DNA of 62,012 bases, filler included, from Basidioascus undulatus (taxonomy: Eukaryota), in assembly GCA_000826855.1 (NCBI GenBank). It is 6 parts of 6 records of this genome, joined end to end, with 100 filler letters (N's around TTAATTAATTAA, not from the genome) between each part and the next. Parts side by side here need not be neighbours in the genome. Positions count along the whole stretch, not along the records: positions 48,265 to 55,089 come from JTLS01001672.1; positions 55,190 to 62,012 come from JTLS01001673.1; 4 more parts are not named here. The stretch is one strand, 5' to 3'. Below, piece after piece: positions 51,905-62,012 of the stretch. Position 1 is the stretch's first letter. Every line of letters starts with the position of its first letter. The position numbers and the translations under genes were made by a program. Below the pieces are notes generated by a model. That model searched no databases and was not told the DNA's origin. It saw only the letters and a list, made by a program, of their open reading frames with translations.

Positions 51905-52604
51905 ATCGTCGAGTAGTAGTATAGAGCGAGTGGGGATAGATCGGGAGTGTGGTTAAATAGAAAATAAAGAGATGGGTGTGAGATGGGAGTGCGAAAAGAG
52001 ATTTGAGGCGAAGGCCAGCCAGCCCGTTCGTTTGATGCGGGTGTGCTTCCGCTTGCAAGGCCCGGCACACGTGAAAGCCGGTGTCTTCGCGCTTCCCGTA
52101 CCGGGCCAATCGACGTCTCAATCTGACCGACTTGGCCAGGAAATGCGGCGCCGTTTCAGACTCTTGCACCAGGTCCACGGCGCCCGACGTCATACGCGCA
52201 TTTTCTTGTTTTTATCGCTGCTCTCACCGGCCAGAAATGTAGCAAGGTCTGCCTGCAACACCGCGATACGGGGGCACACAAGAACGAACGGGGCACACGA
52301 GAAACAGGAAGATGACGTCAGGATCGGTGCTCCATTCCTATTGGTCGCTGTCGGACGGCGCTTCACAAGTACTTCGACCAGACTTGCCCCTTCGCGTCGA
52401 AGCAAGGACTTGCAAGAAACGAAGCAAGCTGGAAAGGGCATGCAGTGGTCTTCCGTCTGATGAATAGCTTCATCGTCACACATGGGCCGAAGCTGAGTTG
52501 ACACTGCGGCGGCGCACGCCCTTTCAGCAAGCTCCTCTCGTTCCAGCTTGACCTGACGCACTCAACGACGCCACCCAGCCAAAGTCGCACCCTGTCCATA
52601 CGAC

Positions 52605-53600
52605 ATGGAGGCCTTCAACGCGGAGCACAGGGCTTTGGTGCGCCGCTTGACACTGCCTATTCTCCCCAACCGCGCCGCGCTCAATGCTCTTCAGTGAACC
52701 ACTTCAGTTCCAGTCCAACATGGCCTCCATGGTCGACAAGGCCGGTGCTTGCATCACACCCGCGGTAGCAGACGCGCTGCGTGAGCTCAGCGGCGGGCAG
52801 CCCGTCGCGGAAGCGCCGTGATAAGCCAGCTGATGCAGAGAAGGCGGCGGGCCAGAACGAGCTGGTGTTGCGGCTGGTGGAGATGTTCGCGGGAGAGGGG
52901 CTCAAGCGCGCGAAACTCGTGAGTCGCGGTGAACCTCCGAGCCCATGTGATGCTGACCGCGCTGCCAATTCACAGGTACAAGCAGACGCCGAGATCCGGG
53001 CGTCGCTCGAGCACGTCTACGGCCTGGTCGCGGTCTTCCCGCCCGGCTTCTCGCGCGCATACACCCGCCTTTGACGCGTCGCTGCACGCGCTGACCGTGA
53101 CGCATCTGCCCGCGACCCGTGCGGAGCTCGCGGCGCAGCGCTGGCGCGTGGCAGCGGCGGCGAAGGAGCTCGCCGAGTGGACTGGGAAGCGCCGGTCGGT
53201 CGCCGAAGGGCGGGCGCGGGTCACGACTGCGCAGGCGCGCTAGATGATCGCGCAGATGGACGCGATGCTGCCGATGATGGACCAGGAGGTTGCTGCGCTT
53301 GAGTGGCAGGCGGGGGAGGAGGCGCGGCGGGCGCTCGTACTGGAGGGGACTGTCCGGCGCGTGGATGGCAGGCCGCCGAGGGCTGAGGAGCGAAACGCGC
53401 AGGGGGATCTGGTTTATGGCTTTGGGACGCTGGAGCTGGGCGAGGATGGGCGGCCGGAGCTCAGGCGGGCGGAGGGCGCCGCAGGTGCTGCGCCTGCGTC
53501 GACTTCTCGCGCTGTCGCGACGGAAGCGGATGCGAATGGGAACGCAAGGAATACGAAGACGGGTGAGAATAACAAGAAGAAGAAGAAGGGCAGGAAATGA
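52605..53600 (+). pseudogene. Disrupted hypothetical coiled-coil protein gene
   Basis: Exon-like segments (MEAFNAEHRAL; NELVLRLVEMFAGEGLKRAKL; VQADAEIRASLEH), an apparent frameshift near 53060, an in-frame TAG at 53241-53243, and a basic tail KKKKKGRK*. Confidence 0.5.
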
Positions 53601-54072
53601 GCGTTTCGATGCATGAGAGTCGTCTTCGCTTGCCTCGCACACCTTGAAAGCGTGACCGTCGCAGGAGTTCAACTTGAGCAGAAGCAAGCATCGAGCGCAA
53701 CTGTGATGGAATGTGTGTCCTTTCGAGAGGCCACTGACTCTGATTGCGTCGTGAGAATGCGTCTCGCTGTTCGCTTCGCACCGGTCTAGTAGGTAAAACA
53801 AACGTTTCTTCTCCTTCGAGTAGCAAGCTGATGTTTCGTCATGTTACCGAAACACACTTAGTAGGATCTTCACTTCTTACAGTACTGTTGCTCTTGCAGG
53901 TAAGTACCTATCTGACCAACAAACATTCGCAGCGAACGCCCAAGTACGTGGGAAGCATGACACGACGCTTGGCCGCCTGTCCTTGGGGATATCGTGTCAT
54001 ATCATGATGCTCATGCGAGTATGCTAGGTGACGAAAGAATGCCCCGCGAATCTCCCAACACCATCCTCCAAC

Positions 54073-55089
54073 CTACGCCCCGAGCCCAACATGGCCGGCC
54101 GTGCCGAGCCCCGTCGTCCTCGCGCGCCAGTTGCGGCCCCACCCGAAGTAGCCCACAAGAACCTCCCGGCCAAAGATCTCGCCAAAGCCGAGGGCGATGC
54201 CGTTGATGAACGGGAGGAGGAGGTTGACGGCGAGGGCGGCGATGACGCCCTTGAAGGACGGGCGGCGGAAGAGCGCGAGCGTGGGCGAGCGCGCGGCCGG
54301 GTCGTCGTACCCGCCGTCGTTGTTGTCGGGCGGGGTGGCGGCGCTGTTGTCGCCCTTGGTCGTCGGCGGCGGGGTGACGACGTCGTAGGACTCGTCGGAC
54401 TCGGACGTAGACCGCTTCACCTCCACCGTGTCTTGCTGGACGGTCGTCGTGGTCGTCGTGGCGCCCACAACTTCACCCTGCTCCGCGTCGACGAGCACGC
54501 CCGAGTCCTCGAGCTCGAGCTCCGTCTTAGCACGCTTGACCTCCACCTCCTCCGGCTCGGCAAACAGCGACTGCTCCGGGTGCTTGCGCTTGTGCTCGAT
54601 GTCCGCAGGCTCCTCCTCCGCAGCCGGCGCGGGCACGGGGGTCGGCACAAGGGCGGGCTCGCGAGGCTCAGGCGCAGGGGGGGTAGTCTGGACGGGCACG
54701 TCTTCCGCACCGAGGGAGACGGTGGATGACGACGCCGCCGAGCCGCCAACGACGCCCTCCCACGCCTCCTTGATCCTTTGTTCGCGCTCGCGCGTCTCCT
54801 CCTCCTCCTTCCGCCTCGCCGCCTCGCGCGCGACGCGCTCGCGCTCCCTCCGCTCCGCCTCGCGCTCAACCTCCTTCCGGCGCTCCTCCTCCAGCCGCGC
54901 CCGCTCTCGCGCCTCCACCGCTTCCCTCTCCTTGCGCTTAGTCTCCTCCGCCGCGGCGCCCCGGTCCACCTCGGCCTTCGCCTCCGCCGCCAGACGCTCC
55001 TGCGCCTTGCGGATGCGCTTCCAGATCGAGGTCGACGACTTCACGGTCGAGAACGCGCTGTTCCGCAGCTTCGACCGCGTCGTGCGGCA
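54073..55089 (-). CDS. C-terminal part of a protein ending in a Mim1/Tom13 mitochondrial outer-membrane insertase domain, preceded by a charged coiled coil
   Basis: AVNLLLPFINGIALGFGEIFGRE..FGW matches the Mim1 TM signature (NLxLPFxNGxxLGFGE). The frame is open from the gap and has no Met. Confidence 0.8.
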   Translation of the reverse strand, partial: CRTTRSKLRNSAFSTVKSSTSIWKRIRKAQERLAAEAKAEVDRGAAAEETKRKEREAVEARERARLEEERRKEVEREAERRERERVAREAARRKEEEETREREQRIKEAWEGVVGGSAASSSTVSLGAEDVPVQTTPPAPEPREPALVPTPVPAPAAEEEPADIEHKRKHPEQSLFAEPEEVEVKRAKTELELEDSGVLVDAEQGEVVGATTTTTTVQQDTVEVKRSTSESDESYDVVTPPPTTKGDNSAATPPDNNDGGYDDPAARSPTLALFRRPSFKGVIAALAVNLLLPFINGIALGFGEIFGREVLVGYFGWGRNWRARTTGLGTAGHVGLGA

Positions 55090-55189
55090 NNNNNNNNNNN
55101 NNNNNNNNNNNNNNNNNNNNNNNNNNNNNNNNNTTAATTAATTAANNNNNNNNNNNNNNNNNNNNNNNNNNNNNNNNNNNNNNNNNNNN
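55090..55189. other. Artificial contig-joining linker
   Basis: 44 N + TTAATTAATTAA + 44 N. Confidence 0.99.
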
Positions 55190-55976
55190 CGTTTCCGTCT
55201 CGTCTCCGGGAGAAGAAGAGGGGGAGGAGGAGGAAGAGGGGGTGGGGAGGGAGACGAAGAGGACCATGTGGCCGAACCTGTCATTACGTATTTCGTCAGC
55301 TGTGCTCTCAGGTCTCGACGGTTGGGGAAGGGAAGGCGAATGGGTGAGGGGAGGAGGGGTGGCAGATTGGCGGAGGTGGGAAGCTGGGGTGGGGAGGAAG
55401 AGGGGAGGAGAGAAGGCGAGAGAAGTACCCTTCGTACGCCCCCGAAGGCTGCCTTACCCTCCCCCCGCCCGAGTAGGCGCGGAAGCCGAGCGCGCGGAGG
55501 ACGTGCAGGAAGACGGCGTTCATCCCTGCCGCGCTTCCCATTCAGAGGACGCTCCAAGGAAAAAGAGGCCGGGCGAGGGAAGGAACAGGGACGCACCCAT
55601 GCAGAACGACCCCATCCGCTTCGTCACGATCCGGTCAAACAGCCACTCGGGGTCGACGTAGATGTAGTGGTCGGGTGTGTAATGCAGTGCAGTATTCTGC
55701 TCCCCCCTCACCGTCAAATCAGCCTCCCGCCCTTTCACAAAGCAAGGTCATCTTGGGGAAGGAGGAAGAAGGAAGGCAGCGCACCTCAAAAGGCACGCTC
55801 GCCAAATGCCGCGTCATCAACCGCTGGAGCGTCTCATACGTGGGCGGGGGGAGCGGGACGTCCTCATTCCCAGAGGAGGGGGTGAAGTTGGGATATGAGA
55901 TTCGCGCGAGGTACGCCCGTGCTTGGGCGGGGGTGAAGAGCGAGGGGAGGAGGGCGATGGTGGGTGTGTAGGGCAT
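55190..55976 (-). CDS. Arylamine N-acetyltransferase family protein, 3' end truncated by the gap
   Basis: AYLARISY, TLQRLMTRHLASVPFE-NTALHY, LFDRIVTKRMGSFCMG (catalytic Cys), MNAVFLHVLRALGF...GRV, HMVLFV (catalytic His). Confidence 0.9.
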
Positions 55977-56607
55977 CGTGGGAGGGGAGTATGCGGGGGG
56001 TTCTACCGGTGCTTGTGGGTAGGGAAAGTGTATTTCGGTATACGCTGGTCTGTGAGGGTATGAGGATGAGAAGAGAAGACGCTCCAGTGGAGTTGAAAGC
56101 AGCTCGCTGCGACTGCACTGTGCATCATGGGCGATCGCCTCCCCCGCACTTCGGACGACCATCTCCGCGCTCACGGCCGACGCGAGCCGGATACTGCGCG
56201 AGCCGGATACTGTGGCCCGCGCCCGACCGCCTCTCGCTCGAATCGCACCTCCTCCATTTGGTCGTATTCTAGACGCCTTGGCTCGTGACCATTCCAGTTA
56301 CTCTTACGTCGACGTCGTCCACGCGACTCGCACCACGATACGAATAGAGACGAGACGCTCGGGTTGGGAGAACGCGAGATTTACCAGGCTTTGATCGGCT
56401 TCACGCTTGGAGCAGCTGCCCCTTCCACCAAGCGCGTCTACAGTTTTTAGTCGATCACAGGTACGTTCGGCCGTCCTGCATTCTTCTATATCTGTTTGGA
56501 TCCTGGGATCCGTCCTGCCAGCTATCCGTATTCCCGGGCCCACCCACCGTCCACCATCCTCTGACTCCCTCCCATCCGCACCTCCCTCAGACGAAGCAAG
56601 CAAGGAC

Positions 56608-59600
56608 ATGTCCGACGCCTCCCCCTCCTCCTCCTCCGCCGCGCTCGATGGGGGCTCCTCCACCGGGATGGGAGGGTCAGGCGCAGGACCAGGGAATCTG
56701 AAGAGGTTGCGGTTGTCGGTGCGTCTTCTGGAGAAGTGGAGAGAAGAGAAAGGGAAGGGGGGCTGATTGGGGTGTGAGGGGAGAGTAGAGGGCGTGCGAT
56801 CGCTGTGCGTTTTTGTGTTCCGCAGGAGAAGGCTGGCCAGGTGGCCAGGGTGGGTACTGACTTTGGGACGGGGGCGTGGATGCGGCGAGAAGGCCGGAGG
56901 AGGAAGATCAAGGTCCGCGTTCCCTTTCTGCCTTCTTCCTTCCTCCTTCCTCCTTCCTCTTCCTCCCTTCCCCTTCTCCTCAGGCGTTCTGACGCGCGTG
57001 AATGTGCGGTGTGGATTTTCTGGGTTGGTGTGGTTTGTGTGGGCGGAATGGACAGTGCGACGAAGGCCACCCCTGCAAGTCGTGCATCTCGATGAACGTC
57101 GACTGCACGTTCGACATGGAGCCGCAGAAGTCGGTGTCGCGGCCGCGGTGCGTTGCCTCCCATCCTTTCCCCTTCCACCCTCTCTCCTCCCGCCTTCCCT
57201 CCTCCCTGCCTCTTCTCCCCCGTCTCCCTTCCCCATCTCCGTCCCCCGTCCTCTTCGCCCTCTGCTTGCCGTCCTCTTCGCCCTCTGCTTGCCCTACCTT
57301 CTCTTTCCTCCCTTCTTCCCCTCTCCCTTTCTCCCTTCTCCAATTTCTGTGAGCTCACTCTCGGTTTGGTTTTCCCAGCCGGAACGTAGCCGAGCTCGAA
57401 GCGCGCATGGCCGCGCTCGAGCGCGTCCTGGAAGCAATCCCACCCTCCATCTCCCAAGCCGCCCTATCGCAGCTCGACCTCGCGCTCGGCGACCCTCACA
57501 CACGCCGGAAATCCTCCTCCTCTCCCGCCCCCTCCTCGTCCATCACCCTTCCCACATCTACCAAACGCTCCAAATCCATGCGGCGTCCTTCTTCCTCCGC
57601 GCCTGCCGCGCCTGCGAGTGAACAGTTCACGTTCCGCCTCCCGAGCGCGCCGGCGCAGGTGGTTAAGATGGTTCCGGAGAAGGAGAAGGAGAAGGAGAGG
57701 AGGGAGAAGGAAGGGGAGGGGGAGAAGGAGAAGGAGTTGGCGGAGCGCTTGGCCGGGCTCAGTATCTCCCCCTCGTACCTCTACCTCGACCACGAGGGCA
57801 ACCCCGCGTGGGCGGGCCTCACGTCCGGCCTGCCGCTGATCGATATGCTCAACCAGAAGCAGCCTTCCCATCCCCCGCCTTCCCCTCCGGATCCCCAGGC
57901 GGGGGCTGAGTGGGAAAGCGAGGATGGAGGGGAGGAGGGGGATGGGGAGAGAGGGAAGAGGGAGGAAGAGTACTTCCCTGGACGGGAAGCCAAGGCGCCG
58001 GGACTGGAACCGAGTCTGGTTTGGGAGAAGGTGGTTAGTATTGTGCCCGTGGATTTGATGAATAGCTTGATTCGGTGCTATGTGAGTCTTCCTTCGCTTT
58101 CTTTCTTGGGCTTCGTTTCGGTGGTGCGGAGGGACGGGTGCTGATGTGGGTGGACCGGGCGCGGTGGGGTAGTTGTCGACGACCCATCTGCTCTGGCCGT
58201 TTTTGCATGTCCCGACCTTCCTTCGCGTACGTCTTCTCTTCCTCTCCCTCTCCCTCTCCATCGCCTTCTCCCTCTTCCCTCTTCCCTCTTCCCTCTTCCC
58301 TCTTCCCTCTTCCCTCCCCTCTTTCTTCCCTTTCTCTTCTCTCTCCCTTTTCCCTCTCCCTTCCACCTCTACCTCGATTCCGCCCGGTAATATTTGAACT
58401 GAATGTGGGAATGGGTGGCTGTTGGGAACGGAACAGGACTACGCGACCCCCTCCTCCTGGGGCGAGCCCGGCTTTGCGCTCCTCGTCGTCGCCATCTGCG
58501 CGCTTGCGAGTCGGCATGTAGATGACCCGCGGGTGCGGGCGAACCCGTGCGTTGTGCCTTTCTTCTCTTTCCCACATTCCTCTGTCTTCCCATCTCCCCC
58601 ACAATCTACATACCCACTTCCCCCTTTTCCCGCATCACACTCATCTTCTCCCCGCCCCACTCCTGCCGGTCCCCGCGTCCCCACGTTCCTCATTTCACAC
58701 TACCGCATTTGCCCCACCTTCCCCTCTTCTCCGCTTCCCCACGTCTCAACTCATCTCACTTCTCCGTCTTCCGCACTCCTCCACCTTTCACCGCTTCCCT
58801 ACCCACCTCCCGATTTCCCCTGGCAACCGGGCTCGCGATTGACGAGTGTACCGCACGATGCGCGATGGGTGGACAGTACCGACCCCGCCTCGAGCGGGAA
58901 GCACTACTTCGAGCTGTTCAAGCGCCTGCGCGACCTCCCCGCCGGGCACGGGAGCAACGTCTACCACATTCAGGGTATCTTTTTGGGGGCTATCTTTGTG
59001 CGTCTCCCCCTTGCGCCTCTTTCTCCCCTGCGCCTCTTTCTTCGTCTTCCATTCCTCCCCGTCCTCCTTTTGCGTCTTCTCCCGTTCCCGTTTTCGCAGA
59101 CTCTGGAGAGGGGATCAGCTGATATGGCGAGGTTGGGACGAACAGGCCATCGGCACTGGCAAGCTGGCCAGGGCGTTCGCGCTGTTTGCAGAGAGCATCA
59201 CGCTGTGTATCGATGCGGGCTGTGAGTGAGAGAGGAATAAAACAGCGGAGGAGGGAGGCTAATACGGGTTGGGGCGGCAGTGCATCGGTATATCGAGCAT
59301 TACGACTTTACGGACAGGATTTGGTTGGAGGTTCGGAAGGTGCGATACGCGTAAATACGGAGAGAGAGGGGGGAGAAGTTGGGGCTGATAGCGGTGTGCA
59401 CGGGGCAGAGGACGTTCTGGAGCGTGTACTGGTACGTATCGTGGCTTGCAAACGGCACGCGATTGGGATGGCTGAAAGGTCTCGCAGCTGGGACAAGCAA
59501 GCCGGGGCAGCGTTCGGGCGGCCACCGATGATCCGTCTACGGGACTGCGACCTTCGCGAGCCGCTGGATGTGGACGACGAGTACCTGACAGCGACCGCGA

Positions 59601-61279
59601 CGCCCGTGGCGCCGTCCAACCCGCCGGACAAGCCCTCTCGCATCCGCCCCTTCATCCACTCCATTCGGCTGCACGTCGTCCTCGAGCGCGTCCTAGACGG
59701 GTGCAACCCGCCCCCCGTCTTCCCGACGTCCGCGTTCCTCACGCGCGCAGCAGCGACGGGACAGTCGGGCGCGCTCGAGGCTGCCGAGGCGCTACTTGCC
59801 GAGTGGCGCGACCAGCTGCCCAACGACCTGAAGTACACGCCCGAGACGAGCGCGAGCGAGGACGCGTTCCGCGTTACGCAGGCGGAGCGGCTGCATTGCC
59901 TGGAGCAGCTTACGCGCATGCTCGTGCAGAGACATCGGTTCTCGACTGCGGCGCTCGCGGCGCACGATGATCCACTTAATGGGCCCGCGACCGAGGCGGC
60001 TGAGCGACACAAGCACGAGGCCCAGCAGGCTGCGCTCACGATCATCGCGGCGCACTCGCACATCGCGAGGAGGGGGCTACTCACACACTATGGCGTCCAG
60101 TGCGTCTGCCTCTGCTTTTCTTCGCTCTGCTTGTTTCTTGGTGCGGGCAAGAAAGCCTGATGAAGATGAATGCTGCTGATTCATGTGACCGGCCTGGACA
60201 GCGTCATCCACCAGCTCACCCAGGCCGGGCGGACGCTCGTCGCCGTCGTGCTGCAGTGCCGCCGGACGGAGGACCGCTCGATGATGGCCATCTCGCTCGA
60301 GGGCCTGCGTGTTGCGATTGGGCTGCTGAGGCAGTTTGTGCGTCCGCTTCGTTTCCGCTTAGGTGGAGCCTGTTGCAGGGTTTGGCGCTGATGTTGGGGT
60401 GGGTGCAGGCTGTTCGGTACGGTTGCGGCGCGCGCAGCTCGGATGTGCTGGTCGAGTTCTGCCGAGGTGCGTGCGCTGCTTTATTCGGTGCGGTTTGGGA
60501 GGAGCGGGAGCCACATGCCGACGGCGCTGGGACCGGAACAGTCTGCCACATCCCCGTGGACGACACCGCACACCTGCCCTCGATCGGCCAAGCCTGGCTG
60601 CGGCCCGTCCCGCGCAAGGCGGACGCGCAGCGAGCCCGTCGGCGCAACACCGTCCGAAGCGACAGTCGCTCGAGCCACGCTTCCGGCTCGCCCTCCGCGT
60701 CCATCTCCGCGCCGCTTGCTCCTCCTCCTGTCCCTCCCGCTCCCGCCCCGTCGCACTGGCAGCAGCAACAGCCGCAGCAGTACGGCACAACAGCTACAGC
60801 TGCGACGCCCTCGGATGCGTCCGGCGGGGGGTCCCCGCAGGCCCTGTTCGACCCGTCCATGTTCTCGCCGTACCTCGCGACCAGCACGGTCTCCCCCGTC
60901 GCGGCGGCGGTGGGAGCGGGCGACAGCCCGCCCGGAGGAGGCATGTTCAACGACCCGCTCCCGCCGGCGGACTCGGCGGCGGACATCCTCGCGCTCTTGA
61001 ACAGGGGCGAGTTCGACGTGCGTCGCCTCTTCTCCCCTACCTCCATTCGCCTTGTTCCGGTACTTTTGTGTCTCATCTGACTTTCGTGTATGCCTTGCAA
61101 CGCAGGTCTCGGCCCTCTTCGCAGGAGAAGGCATGCCCGGCGCCGCGCCAGATGTCCTGGACTTCGGGGCTTTGCAGCCACCTGGAGCAGAGACCCTGGC
61201 CGGCCTTGGAGGGCTCACGTTCGCCCCGGACTTTTCGAACTTTGGCGGAGGGGATGGGACGGGGGGCAATCACCAGTAG
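56608..61279 (+). CDS. Zn(II)2Cys6 transcription factor with fungal-specific TF domain, many exons
   Basis: Spliced [80 protein letters not shown]; ends GGNHQ*. Confidence 0.93.
58240..58365. repeat. Intronic pyrimidine-rich simple repeat, (CTCTTCC)n
   Basis: Tandem CTCTTCC units around 58272-58315 inside a transcription-factor intron. Confidence 0.85.
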
Positions 61280-62012
61280 TCTCTTATTTCGCTGTTTCTT
61301 TCCAATCTCGCGCTGCATCTACCTGTTTGGTGGGTTTGAGGTCGCTTGGGCTTTTTGGGTGGATGACAGAGGAGCCTTGTACGTTTAGGTTTCGTCATTA
61401 GACATTGCTCTTGATTGGACTCTTTCAATCGTCTACTCTGCTGGCGCAACATATTATGCGATGCTTCGGCATTCAGAAGCGGCAAGAGAGGTCGGAGGAG
61501 ACCGGTGTAACTGGCTGGGCATTGGGGACTGCACGGGGCGATCCGACCTCCGTGTGATGGGAGGAATTATTAAGTCCATTGTGTTTTTTTGGCGTGCACA
61601 GTCAAGCGACAGCGGGGCTCGAGGTCCTGTGTGGCATTATGTTCTGAGAAAGAGCCGGTCTCCATCCGGATGAGGAAAAACCAGGTCAAACGGCATCAAA
61701 TATATAACATTATGTCCTGTTGGTAATCAGAGTGTGAGCCGACTGCCCTGATGTGCACTGAAGGAAGCTTGAGCTCGTTGAGCGCCGCGTACAAGCAGCC
61801 CTCCCAGAAGAGCCTGCACCATGTCCAGTGCGCGCAGTCCATCACGTCCAAGCAGCTGTGCTCCGAATCCAGTCGTCTCTACTTCATTAAGCCTCCTCAA
61901 CGCCCGCGATCCTTCTCCAACCTCTCCTCGGCGTCATCGTCCTCAGGTGGGCGCGGAGATTATCTCCCGTGCGGTGCTCGTCCTGAAAGTGCGCCACAAC
62001 CTCATGGGGGCC

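Noticed and set aside
1..62012. Transposase, reverse transcriptase, tRNA, rRNA or CRISPR features
   Set aside because: None were recognisable by eye; highly degenerate remnants cannot be excluded without searches.

Overview
Eukaryotic DNA from an intron-rich, GC-rich basidiomycete fungus, probably Pucciniomycotina (inferred from gene content and intron style). The window is six contigs joined by 100-bp artificial linkers (44 N, TTAATTAATTAA, 44 N), so gene order across gaps carries no meaning. Recognisable genes: NECAP (3' part), a class III sirtuin, a COG0523/CobW GTPase, a ferroportin, a ZIP zinc transporter, a GT32 glycosyltransferase, glycine decarboxylase P protein, UXS1, a divergent RPS22/RPS17 pair, F-box-like genes and relics, a possible Byr4-like gene, acylaminoacyl peptidase, a cytochrome b5-fused acyl-CoA dehydrogenase, a Mim1-domain ORF, an arylamine N-acetyltransferase and a Zn2Cys6 transcription factor. 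The best candidate for an undescribed system is the contiguous CobW / ferroportin / ZIP metal-homeostasis cluster at 8.9-17.8 kb, in which the CobW linker carries a CxxxCxxCxxC motif. Also notable are an snR44-like H/ACA snoRNA in an RPS22 intron and a Mim1 domain at the end of a long Met-free reading frame. All exon structures were read by eye and no searches were run.
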